A stretch of DNA of 64,000 bases from Gammaproteobacteria bacterium. GTDB lineage: Bacteria; Pseudomonadota; Gammaproteobacteria; SZUA-140. Shown here piece by piece: positions 52,287 through 61,398 of the stretch; positions within the stretch are counted from its first letter, which is position 1, and every line of letters starts with the position of its first letter. The translations under genes and the position numbers were made by a program. The DNA is taken from the NCBI GenBank assembly GCA_026982565.1, contig JALSGV010000024.1, forward strand, positions 13,341 through 77,340, written 5' to 3'. The notes beneath the pieces are model-generated. The model saw only the letters and a program-made list of their open reading frames with translations, searched no databases and had not been told where the DNA came from.

Positions 52287-54263
52287 ATGTGCGGGATCGC
52301 TGGTTTTCTGAATTATTACGGGGAAAAGGCGGGGCCGGACGCGAAGGCGGTCATGTTACGGATGACAAATACCCTTGTGCATCGTGGCCCTGATGCCGGT
52401 TCGGTTTGGACGGATGCCGTTCATGGAATAGCTTTGGGTCACCGTCGCCTGTCTATTATAGATTTATCAGAAGCAGGTGTTCAGCCCATGGTATCTGCGA
52501 GCGGACGTTATGTCATTACCTACAATGGCGAGATCTACAATTACCGGGCGTTGCGCCGCGAATTGGAAATTTCCGGTTATCCTTTTCGTGGTCATTCCGA
52601 TACTGAAGTACTGCTCGCCGCCGTAGAGCACTGGGGTTTTGAAAGGGCCTTGCACCGCATCAGCGGCATGTTTGCTCTTGCAGTCTGGGATCGCAAGGGC
52701 CGTGTATTGATCCTTGCCCGTGACCGTGTGGGAAAGAAGCCGCTTTACTACGGTTGGTGCAATAATACACTGCTATTTGCGTCCGAGCTAAAGGCGCTCC
52801 GCTGCCATCCTGATTTTGACAACACCCTGGATCATAGCGCTTTGGCCCAATATATCCAGTACGGGTGGCTGGCTCAGCCCGCTTCTGTTTTCAGGAATGT
52901 AAGGAAATTGCCGCAGGGAAGCTTTATCCGGATTTCCATGGATGACCGGCCCTGGTCACCCAAGCCCAGACGGTATTGGTCGGCCAAGGATGTAATGCAA
53001 AAGAGGCGCAGGGCGTTATTCTCTGGCAGCTACGAAGAGGCCCTGGAGCGCCTGGAGGATATCCTGGTCGCATCAGTACATGACAGAATGGTGGCGGATG
53101 TGGATCTCGGGGCGTTGTTGTCCGGAGGTGTTGATTCATCGCTTGTTGTTGCCCTGATGAGGCAGTCTGGCAGCAGGCCGGGAGCGACATTCTCCATTGG
53201 TTTCTGGGAGCCGAAATACAACGAGGCAGAATATGCCGCCCAGGTTGCCCGACACCTGGGAACACGGCATCATGAGTTGTATGTGACGCCAGAGCAAAGC
53301 CTGGATATTATCGGTAGATTGCCACAGATATATGATGAACCTTTTGCAGATATTTCCCAGATTCCTACCTATTTAGTATCGGAGCTGGCGCGGAGCGAGG
53401 TGAAAGTCGTTCTGTCAGGAGATGGCGGTGATGAGCTTTTCGCCGGATATACACGGTATTTTGAGTGTCTCCGGCGTTGGAGGCGCAGCTCTCGCCTGCC
53501 TTTAAAAGCACGTCATATTCTGGGCGCCGCCATTGACTCATTAGGACGCTATAGCTGGGAATTGTGCAAGCCGCTTGATTATTCCCATGAGCGTAAGCTG
53601 CCAAAATGGCGGCGCTTGGGGAGCAAGTTGCAGCGCCATGCATGTGACTGGCATGTGGAGCATCCACAGCAATTGATTGCCAATACTTTTACCCACGGGC
53701 TCTATGGGTGTCAAATGATTCGTGGCGCTGGACATCAAGACACACTTCTTGGTGATTCATCGCAGTGGGTTGAGGGTGTAGACCCTCTTCATGCCATGAT
53801 GCATTACGATTTTGGTTCTTATCTGGCAGATGATATTTTGGTTAAAGTTGACAGGGCGAGCATGGCGGTTGGCCTGGAGGTGCGCTGCCCGTTACTGGAT
53901 AGCCGGCTGATAGAATTTGCCTGGTCACTGCCGAATCATTACCTGGTTGATGACCGGGGAGGCAAACGAATCCTCAAGGATGTGCTCAGGCGACATGTGC
54001 CGCAAACATTGATCGATCGTCCAAAGCGTGGTTTCAGCGTCCCTGTCGCAGACTGGTTGCGAGGTTCTTTACGCCCTTGGGCGGAGGATCTCTTGGATAT
54101 ATCCACATTGCAACGGCAGGGAATTTTTAATGCCGGGAGCGTGCATCGGCTTTGGAGGCAGCACTTATGTCGCTGGCGAAACCATACCAATCAATTGTGG
54201 GCCATATTGATGTTTCAGGCGTGGTTGCTTGAAACGGAAACAAGCAGGCGGGACGAACTCTGA
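52287..54263 (+). CDS. asnB: Asparagine synthetase (glutamine-hydrolysing)-family amidotransferase
   Basis: It has the N-terminal MCGIAG nucleophile and an Ntn-GATase domain. An adenylating synthetase domain with the SGGVDSS PP-loop follows. It is 658 aa. Confidence 0.85.
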   Translation: MCGIAGFLNYYGEKAGPDAKAVMLRMTNTLVHRGPDAGSVWTDAVHGIALGHRRLSIIDLSEAGVQPMVSASGRYVITYNGEIYNYRALRRELEISGYPFRGHSDTEVLLAAVEHWGFERALHRISGMFALAVWDRKGRVLILARDRVGKKPLYYGWCNNTLLFASELKALRCHPDFDNTLDHSALAQYIQYGWLAQPASVFRNVRKLPQGSFIRISMDDRPWSPKPRRYWSAKDVMQKRRRALFSGSYEEALERLEDILVASVHDRMVADVDLGALLSGGVDSSLVVALMRQSGSRPGATFSIGFWEPKYNEAEYAAQVARHLGTRHHELYVTPEQSLDIIGRLPQIYDEPFADISQIPTYLVSELARSEVKVVLSGDGGDELFAGYTRYFECLRRWRRSSRLPLKARHILGAAIDSLGRYSWELCKPLDYSHERKLPKWRRLGSKLQRHACDWHVEHPQQLIANTFTHGLYGCQMIRGAGHQDTLLGDSSQWVEGVDPLHAMMHYDFGSYLADDILVKVDRASMAVGLEVRCPLLDSRLIEFAWSLPNHYLVDDRGGKRILKDVLRRHVPQTLIDRPKRGFSVPVADWLRGSLRPWAEDLLDISTLQRQGIFNAGSVHRLWRQHLCRWRNHTNQLWAILMFQAWLLETETSRRDEL

Positions 54264-54418
54264 AACCCGGTTTCACTGAGAGTGGCTTTAGCGGAGAGCG
54301 TGACGCGGGATGCCGGATTCCGATATAATCAGCCATCCTCAAGCGCCGTGATCTAACGCCTGTCCCCTAATAACATACTGTATGTGCGAGAGAATATATT
54401 GAGAATGCAGGAGAGCTG

Positions 54419-55354
54419 ATGCAAGTTTTTTTGAAAAAAATCACCCGGGAACTGGTCCTGCTACTGATGTTTTTCTTCCCGGAGGAAAAGAAGATCGCCG
54501 TCGAGCGCTGGCTGCGCGGGCGCGAGGAATTCCGCAAGCTCAAGCAGGCCGATTGCGTGGTGGTTTCCTTTGGCAAGAGCGGACGTACATGGCTGCGGGT
54601 CATGTTGTCGCGCTTCTACCAGGTGCGTCATGGGCTCTCGGAGAAACACCTGATGGGTTTCGATAATCTGCACCGCAAGGTCCCGGAGATACCGGTGATT
54701 TTCTTTACTCATGACAACTACCTCAAGGATTACACGAAACATTTTGATTCAAAAGAAGATTATTTGAGCAAGAAAGTGGTTCTGCTGGTGCGCGATCCGC
54801 GCGATGTAGCGGTTTCGCAATTTTTTCAGTGGAAATACCGCATGCGCGCCAAGAAAAAGAATCTCAACCAGTATCCTGAACATGGCAAGGACGTCCCCAT
54901 CTATGATTTCGTGATGGACCCTCAGGCCGGACTACCCAAGATCATAGATTTCATGAATCTGTGGGCAAAGGAAATGCCGCGTATAGAGAATATACTGGTG
55001 GTGCGTTACGAGGACCTGCGTGCCAGGACTGCCGAAGTCCTGAGGCAAATCGTTGAATTCGTTGGTACTCCCGGTACAGAAGAACAGATCCAGCAGGCTG
55101 TGGAGTTTTCATCCGTGGAAAACATGAAGAAGCTGGAAGAAAAGCGGACTTTCTGGCTCAGCGGCAGCCGCATGGTGCCCAAGGACCGCAAGAATCCCAA
55201 TTCCTACAAGGTGCGGCGCGCCAAGGTGGGCGGCTACAGCGACTACTTCGATGAGCAACAGATTGCCGCCATCGAACAGGTGGTTAACGAAACCCTGTCC
55301 CCCGTCTACGGTTATGGTGCGACGCAGAGGGACGACCGCGTTGCCAGTGCTTGA
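54419..55354 (+). CDS. PAPS-dependent sulfotransferase (NodH/Sulfotransfer_3-like)
   Basis: It has a 5'-PSB motif (SFGKSGRTWL) and a 3'-PB motif (LLVRDPRDVAVS). It is 311 aa. Confidence 0.75.
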   Translation: MQVFLKKITRELVLLLMFFFPEEKKIAVERWLRGREEFRKLKQADCVVVSFGKSGRTWLRVMLSRFYQVRHGLSEKHLMGFDNLHRKVPEIPVIFFTHDNYLKDYTKHFDSKEDYLSKKVVLLVRDPRDVAVSQFFQWKYRMRAKKKNLNQYPEHGKDVPIYDFVMDPQAGLPKIIDFMNLWAKEMPRIENILVVRYEDLRARTAEVLRQIVEFVGTPGTEEQIQQAVEFSSVENMKKLEEKRTFWLSGSRMVPKDRKNPNSYKVRRAKVGGYSDYFDEQQIAAIEQVVNETLSPVYGYGATQRDDRVASA

Positions 55355-55452
55355 AACCCGCCCCAGAACGGGGAATGTGTGGAACAAGTATATTAAACCA
55401 CACATTCAGTGTGATATATTTTGCTGTATTTATATTCTAAGGGAGTCTGACA

Positions 55453-56361
55453 ATGGACTATTGTGTATTCATTCAAACCAATCATAAGCAATATATTGGC
55501 GCGTTGGTTGCAGAATACGCGCTGAAAAGGAACTCCAGGCACGCGGACAAATTCGACGTTCGCATCATGCACATGAAAGATTATCCTTTCTTTGAAGCGA
55601 AGGAAGGCCAGCTTTATCTGCGCGACGGCGCCAAGCGTACCTGGCTCAATGACGACCTGCAATCCTTCACGCTCACCCGTTTCATGCCTCCCGAACTGAT
55701 GGGTTACCAAGGACGTGCCGTGGTGATCGATCCCGATGTCTTTGCCGTGGGTGATGTATGGGAGCTGTTGTCCAGGGACATGGAGGGCAAGGCCATTATG
55801 TGTCGTCCCCGCTCAGGAAGAAAGGGAAAGGTCTATGGCTGTCTCGCCAGCAGTGTCATGTTGCTGGACTGCGCCAAGCTGACGCATTGGCGTGTTGAAG
55901 AGCAATTCAACGAAATGTTCGAGTTCAAGCGGGATTACATGGACTGGATCTGTGTCAAGCTCGAGCCCCGCGAGACCATCGGTTTGCTGGAGAACGAGTG
56001 GAACGACTTTGACAAGTTGACCGAAAAGACCAAGATGCTCCACACCACCAAGCGCAAGACCCAGCCATGGAAAACAGGGCTGCCGGTGGATTTCAGGCCT
56101 CCTGAGCGGGTGAGGGGATTTTCACCCCAGGGTTGGCTGCAATCCTTGCGGCGGCAGTTGTTTGGGGAGTATGGGCTGATGGGGCACTACAAACCTCATC
56201 CCGATCCCAATCAGGAAAAATTCTTCTTCGGGCTGCTGAAGGAGTGCGTTGAGAAGGGCATCGTTACGGAAGAAATGATCCGGGAGCAGATGCGCCTCAA
56301 CCATGTACGCCATGACGCCCTGGAGGTGCTGGAGCGTACGCCGCCGCTGGCTGCCGCCTGA
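55453..56361 (+). CDS. GT8-like (GT-A fold) putative glycosyltransferase, tandem paralog A
   Basis: It has a DxD-like VVIDPD motif and a C-terminal H..K..QPWK motif resembling the GT8 HxxGxxKPW motif. It is 302 aa. Confidence 0.45.
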   Translation: MDYCVFIQTNHKQYIGALVAEYALKRNSRHADKFDVRIMHMKDYPFFEAKEGQLYLRDGAKRTWLNDDLQSFTLTRFMPPELMGYQGRAVVIDPDVFAVGDVWELLSRDMEGKAIMCRPRSGRKGKVYGCLASSVMLLDCAKLTHWRVEEQFNEMFEFKRDYMDWICVKLEPRETIGLLENEWNDFDKLTEKTKMLHTTKRKTQPWKTGLPVDFRPPERVRGFSPQGWLQSLRRQLFGEYGLMGHYKPHPDPNQEKFFFGLLKECVEKGIVTEEMIREQMRLNHVRHDALEVLERTPPLAAA

Positions 56362-56376
56362 TACCGCTGGCCAATC

Positions 56377-57297
56377 GTGGAGACTGATACCGTGGAACAT
56401 TGTGTTTTTATCCACACCAATCACAAACAGATCGTCGGCGCCCTGGTGGCCCAGCATGCCTTGCGGCGCTATTCTCGCCACAACGACAAGTTCGATGTGC
56501 AGATCATCCATACCAAGGATTATCCTTTCCTGCGCGAGCGCGAGGGGCAGGAATATCTGCGGGATGGCGTGAAAAGAACCTGGCTCTATGATGACCTGCA
56601 GTCCTTTACGCCGTTGCGCTTCATGCCGCCTGAATTGATGGGCTACAGCGGGCGCGCCGTGGTCATCGACCCGGATATCTTTGCCGTCAGTGACGTTTGG
56701 GACCTGCTGTCCCGCGACATGGATGGCAAGGCCATCATGTGCCGCATGCGCGCCGGCCCCAAGGGATTTATCGACCGCTGCTGGGCCAGCAGCGTCATGC
56801 TGCTGGATTGCGCCAGGCTGACACACTGGCGGGTGGAAGAGCAGTTCAACGCCATGTTCGAGTTCAAGCGCGATTATTCCAAATGGGTCTGCCTCAAGCT
56901 CGAGCCTCGTGAGACCATCGGCGTCCTCGAGGATGAATGGAATGACTTCGATAAATTGAGCAGCGAAACCAGGATGCTGCACAATACGCGGCGACTGACC
57001 CAGCCGTGGAAGGCCGGGCTGCCCATTGATTGGCGGCCGGCGGAGAAATTCCGCCTGTTTCCTCCTCTGGGCTGGCTGATGCGCGCCAGGCGCAAGTTGT
57101 TTGGGGAATACGCCCTGCTGGGAAGCTACAGGCGCCATCCTGATATCAAACAGGAACAGCTTTTCTTTGGGTTGCTGAGGGAGTGCCTGGAAGAGGGAGT
57201 GGTAACGGAAGAGATGCTGCGCACAGAGATGCGGCAGAATCATGTAAGGCATGATGCCTTTGAGGTTCTGGAGCAGACACCACCTCTGTCTGCCTGA
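56377..57297 (+). CDS. GT8-like (GT-A fold) putative glycosyltransferase, tandem paralog B
   Basis: It is a 306-aa protein about 65% identical by eye to the upstream ORF. The VVIDPD and HNTRRLTQPWK motifs are both conserved. Confidence 0.45.
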   Translation: METDTVEHCVFIHTNHKQIVGALVAQHALRRYSRHNDKFDVQIIHTKDYPFLREREGQEYLRDGVKRTWLYDDLQSFTPLRFMPPELMGYSGRAVVIDPDIFAVSDVWDLLSRDMDGKAIMCRMRAGPKGFIDRCWASSVMLLDCARLTHWRVEEQFNAMFEFKRDYSKWVCLKLEPRETIGVLEDEWNDFDKLSSETRMLHNTRRLTQPWKAGLPIDWRPAEKFRLFPPLGWLMRARRKLFGEYALLGSYRRHPDIKQEQLFFGLLRECLEEGVVTEEMLRTEMRQNHVRHDAFEVLEQTPPLSA

Positions 57298-57336
57298 TGT
57301 GGACTGGCGCCCTCCCGGTTCAGACGCCCGGGATTC

Positions 57337-58233
57337 TCAGCACTTGTAGCGTTTGAAGAACTTCCTGTTGCGTAAAGCATGTTTCCGGGCCTGCATGACA
57401 TGGCGCCTGATTTCCTGCCAGAATGTCAGGTAGGTGAATGATGTTCGTGGGGATCCTGATCCACCATGGTCTGGCGACGCCCTTCCGGTCTGTTTCTTCC
57501 GGTGCTGATCCCAGGTCACGGCATAGTCACTTTGCATGGGGGGTGTCTGGAATAATGGTTTTTGCCCGGTCTTCCTCGCGTGTACCCACAGCATTAAGGG
57601 GCGGGCCGTTATGACGCGCATTCTTTTGCCTGCGATGCGGGGGTCGGCAACACGGTAACAGCGATGCCTCCTGCTGGCCTCTACGGAGGTGAACGGGGAT
57701 TCGATGACGCTGACCGATTCAGTGACGAATCCATTGTCATGGGAAAAAACCCGGTAGAACAGCTCCGGGGAAAACTGATAGAGGCCATGGCCGAGGAGAT
57801 TGTTTGCCGGAACATTGATGAAAATGCTGCCACCCGTTTTGACCATCTCCATGTAGTTCATCAGTACCTGCCGCACATCGAAGATATGTTCCATGGTGCC
57901 GCCATCGATGAGTACATCGAAGGCGCCATGGAACGTCTTTGGAACGGGATGGTTGAAATCATGGGTGATGTCGGCGCCCTGATAGTCGGAATAGTCGAAT
58001 GACGTAACAGTCTCTGCGTCCAGTACCTGGCGGATGAATTCGTCGGCAAATCCGTTACGGAACAGGGAGGCGGGCGGTTCAGGGTTCGTCATGCCCCTGC
58101 ATTTTTGCAGGCGTTCCAGGTCTTCCCGGGGTATACAAAGGGAAAGCCGTCCAATCGTGGCGGTTTTTCTGAAATTGGTTCCCCGATTCCGTGCATCGAC
58201 AAGATGTGTGCCTGTGATTGTGGTGATCCCCAT
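57337..58233 (-). CDS. Putative SAM-dependent methyltransferase-like protein
   Basis: Motif II/III-like segments are present (FDVLIDGGTMEHIFD; MVKTGGSIFINVP). Motif I is not clear. The start is uncertain. Confidence 0.35.
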   Translation of the reverse strand: MGITTITGTHLVDARNRGTNFRKTATIGRLSLCIPREDLERLQKCRGMTNPEPPASLFRNGFADEFIRQVLDAETVTSFDYSDYQGADITHDFNHPVPKTFHGAFDVLIDGGTMEHIFDVRQVLMNYMEMVKTGGSIFINVPANNLLGHGLYQFSPELFYRVFSHDNGFVTESVSVIESPFTSVEASRRHRCYRVADPRIAGKRMRVITARPLMLWVHARKTGQKPLFQTPPMQSDYAVTWDQHRKKQTGRASPDHGGSGSPRTSFTYLTFWQEIRRHVMQARKHALRNRKFFKRYKC

Positions 58234-58251
58234 CTCTAATCCTTGTTTTTC

Positions 58252-59238
58252 TCAGTGATAATGCGAATACCTGTATCCCAGCAGGCTGGTGAACATGCCC
58301 AGTCCTTCCGATACACGGAAGGCCCCCGAATAGAATCTGCCTTTGTTCCGGTTCCAAGGCAGGAATGATCCTACCATGATGAGCGAACCTGACACTATGT
58401 TGGTGATGGAACGGGTAAGGGTCTTGAATAACAGTTTTGCCTTTTTCCAGTTGCTGCCGGCATATCTGGTGAGTTGAAGTTTGGTGATGAGCTTGAGGTT
58501 GCCACGGCGGAATTCCGTTTGCAACAGGTAAGTGAAGCGGGCCCGTTGCGGCGGCACCCTTTCAATGGCCCTGGCCTGCGGCGCCCAAAAGATGCGATAG
58601 CCTTGTTCCCGGACTTGCCTGAAGAACAGTTTGTCCTCGCCGCCACTCAGGGCCAGCCTGTTATCGAAGCGCAGCCCCGATTTCCTGAGCATGGTCTTGA
58701 GCAACAGGCAGTTTCCCGTGGCTGCCGAGTTCAGTTCCTGCCCCTCGTCTAGCTCCTGATGCCAGCGGGGGGTTGCAAAGAAGCCACCTTCCCTCATCCA
58801 CTGCGGGACATGGCCCGTGAAGGAGGGGAGAACCGGGCCGAAGATGACTTCGCCTTGTGTGCGGGTCTGGATTAGCAGCAGCTGTTCCAGCCACGTTGGC
58901 TCGGGAATTTCGTCATCGTCGAGAAAGGCAATGAAGTCGGTCTGAGGTGGCGCCTGATCCAGACAGGCGTTGCGCGCATGGCTGATGCCACGCTCGATCA
59001 CAGGCACGTAGATCATGGGAATGGAGGTGAACTGGTGAAAATCCCGGCAAATCTGCTCATTGACCTCACTGGCCTCGTTGTCAGCGATAAGGACCGTAAT
59101 GGCGGGGGTTGATATGCGTTCGAAAGTCAGAGCAGAGATGCCGTCCAGCAGGTCTTTCAATCCCCGCGGTCGCTGGTAGGTGCATGCGCAGATACAGACA
59201 TGAACATTGCCCGTTGTCGGAGGCGTTTCACTGGACAT
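58252..59238 (-). CDS. Glycosyltransferase family 2 (GT-A)
   Basis: It has CICACTYQRP, an acidic FLDDDE motif and a GGEDKLFF segment. It is 328 aa. Confidence 0.82.
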   Translation of the reverse strand: MSSETPPTTGNVHVCICACTYQRPRGLKDLLDGISALTFERISTPAITVLIADNEASEVNEQICRDFHQFTSIPMIYVPVIERGISHARNACLDQAPPQTDFIAFLDDDEIPEPTWLEQLLLIQTRTQGEVIFGPVLPSFTGHVPQWMREGGFFATPRWHQELDEGQELNSAATGNCLLLKTMLRKSGLRFDNRLALSGGEDKLFFRQVREQGYRIFWAPQARAIERVPPQRARFTYLLQTEFRRGNLKLITKLQLTRYAGSNWKKAKLLFKTLTRSITNIVSGSLIMVGSFLPWNRNKGRFYSGAFRVSEGLGMFTSLLGYRYSHYH

Positions 59239-60475
59239 GAGGTGATACAGGCCTTGCCATATGCCGGGGTTCGGTGCGGAACATTCCCTTTACACGTTGT
59301 ACTGTCCGAGTCAGATCATCCTGAGGTGCGGAATCGTTTTCTCCGAGTGGTTCTCCCAGCCATGCCGCCCGGCCTGCCTGGATCAGCCGCTCATGGAGGC
59401 CGCGCACTTCACGCCGCATGCGCTTTGGTCCCAGCCACATGGCCAGGCGGTGTGAGAGGGGGCGCAGGCGGAAGTTATAGCCATAACGCCACCAGGGAAG
59501 CCTGTCTCCAGGCGCGGGGGGGCGGTGAGCGCCAGGATCGTCGGCAAGATCGAAGATATAGACGGGTTTTCCCGTCTCGCAGGCCTCACAGACCATGGAG
59601 ACGCTGTCTCCCGTAACGATGAATGCATCGGCCAGGGCGAGAAAGGCGAAGTAGGGGTTGTCCTTGTCATTTGCTGACCAGCAGTGGTAGTAAGCAGGTG
59701 ACTGGATCAGGTCCCGCAGTGCCGGCATGGCGTGGAGAGGCGTCCGCGCGCTCGAGGTAACCAGCAGGGAGCCGCCGCACCGTTTTGCCAGTGCGTCGGC
59801 GCTTCGTGCCAGGGTGCGGATCTTGATGTCATTGAGGGTGAAGGGGCCACTGTTGCCTCCGACGAGCAGGGCGATAAAGGGATGGGGCAGGTGCGAAAGC
59901 CTGTCCGTCCATGCGCGGGCTGCCGAGGCAAGCCGCTGCTCAGTAATGCGGTGCAGTGGAAGCATGTTGTGCAGGATATTTGTGGCCTGGGGCAGGCAAT
60001 ATTGAGGGGTTGTGACGATGAGATCGAATTGCGCCAATGGAGCCCAGGGACGGCCAAGATGGACGAGGCGTGTCTGTCCATGGGATTGTTGCCGTATCCA
60101 GCGGGCAACGGGCTCGTTGCGGCGCCCGGCAGTAATCACCAAGTCTGGCCATGGTGGAGCCAGTGGTGTGGATTCGTGCTGTTTTATGCCCGCCAGCGTC
60201 GGCCCCAGCAGCAGGTTGCTCAACAACTCGCTTTTCCGATACACCATGTGCTTGCTCTCGTAGGGCCAGCCGAGCGCTTCGGCCAGGGCAAGGACCTGGT
60301 TGTTGTCTCCCGCCTTGTGTCCCATCAGCAGCCATGTCTGGGGAACTTTTTCCCGATTGGCGTAGATGTTGCCATGGGGAAACGGTGTGGAGCTGGGTGG
60401 GGGTGGAAACGGGGCAGGCATTGTTACATTATAGCAAGCATTCAACGGAACACGCCCTGGCGGTACAGACGCCAC
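59228..60475 (-). CDS. ELM1/DUF1022-family protein, paralog 3
   Basis: It has PPWPDLVITAGRRNEPVARWIR, VGGNSGPFTL and IVTGDSVSMV motifs. It is 415 aa with a longer N-terminus. Confidence 0.7.
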   Translation of the reverse strand: MASVPPGRVPLNACYNVTMPAPFPPPPSSTPFPHGNIYANREKVPQTWLLMGHKAGDNNQVLALAEALGWPYESKHMVYRKSELLSNLLLGPTLAGIKQHESTPLAPPWPDLVITAGRRNEPVARWIRQQSHGQTRLVHLGRPWAPLAQFDLIVTTPQYCLPQATNILHNMLPLHRITEQRLASAARAWTDRLSHLPHPFIALLVGGNSGPFTLNDIKIRTLARSADALAKRCGGSLLVTSSARTPLHAMPALRDLIQSPAYYHCWSANDKDNPYFAFLALADAFIVTGDSVSMVCEACETGKPVYIFDLADDPGAHRPPAPGDRLPWWRYGYNFRLRPLSHRLAMWLGPKRMRREVRGLHERLIQAGRAAWLGEPLGENDSAPQDDLTRTVQRVKGMFRTEPRHMARPVSPHVQ

Positions 60476-61398
60476 ATGAGGCCCCAGATGAATATCAGGG
60501 GATAACGGCGCAGGCGTGGCGTGATTTCAATAGTGGCGCCCGAGTGCCGCTCCAGTTTCCAGATGAGGTAGTCCAGCCCGCCTTCGAAGGTGAAGAAGGC
60601 CTTCAGCAGGCGCGCCACTGACAGCAATTTTCCCTGGACGATGCGCAGGCGCCAAGCGGCCTTGTTGCCAAGGCTTTGATGTCTTGCAACGGGTTCTTGG
60701 CAAAAGGCGGCGCCATTTCCATTTGCCTGATGAATTCCCGGGAACGAGGTCAGGGCAAGGCCCGTGATTTCATCGAAATAGGTTTCAAAATGTTGGTAAA
60801 TCTCCTTGCCGCGTTGTCCCTTCTCCACGCGCAACTCCGCACGATAGGTAAGGCCGAGCCCTTTTTCCCATATGTCGGCAATGGTGAAATTCGGGGGGAG
60901 TGATGGCAAGACGCGCGCCATAAAGGTCATAATCGCTTGTCCCAGACTGGAGTGGATCTGGCTGGTGGCGGCCTGGTCGCGCGCATACAGCAATCCCGTG
61001 GGCTGGGCGAAACGCGCCCAGACATAGGAGTGAAACCAATGTGCGCAGCCTCTGTGCAGGTCCTGCCGGGAGAGCACGGCGTATTTGCTGCGCAAGACTC
61101 CTTGGGGATGTCTGGCTTCCAGGTAGAATACGTTGGGCGGCAGCAGGGTGTTGAGAATGGCCAGCCGCCTTTTTTCAAAGGCTTTGTGGTAGTCATCGAC
61201 AATGACATAGAGATCCACCAGCCCATCGAAGGGGTCGCCTCCTCGCAGGCATGAGCCATAAAACAGGATGGCCAGCAGGGAATCGCCGTAACGTTCCCGC
61301 AGGGCATCCCGCAATGTATCCAGGGCCGGATCATGTGGCAGGCCGGTTTGTTTGGCAATGGTTGCAATGAGGGCGGGTGGCGGGGCAGGGATCTTCAT
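60442..61398 (-). CDS. Nucleotidyltransferase-fold protein, Tam41/Mmp37-like (putative CDP-lipid synthase type)
   Basis: It has the Pol-beta-like NTase signature (LLAILFYGSCLRGGDPFDGLVDLYVIVDD). It is 318 aa and overlaps the paralog-3 start. Confidence 0.45.
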   Translation of the reverse strand: MKIPAPPPALIATIAKQTGLPHDPALDTLRDALRERYGDSLLAILFYGSCLRGGDPFDGLVDLYVIVDDYHKAFEKRRLAILNTLLPPNVFYLEARHPQGVLRSKYAVLSRQDLHRGCAHWFHSYVWARFAQPTGLLYARDQAATSQIHSSLGQAIMTFMARVLPSLPPNFTIADIWEKGLGLTYRAELRVEKGQRGKEIYQHFETYFDEITGLALTSFPGIHQANGNGAAFCQEPVARHQSLGNKAAWRLRIVQGKLLSVARLLKAFFTFEGGLDYLIWKLERHSGATIEITPRLRRYPLIFIWGLMWRLYRQGVFR

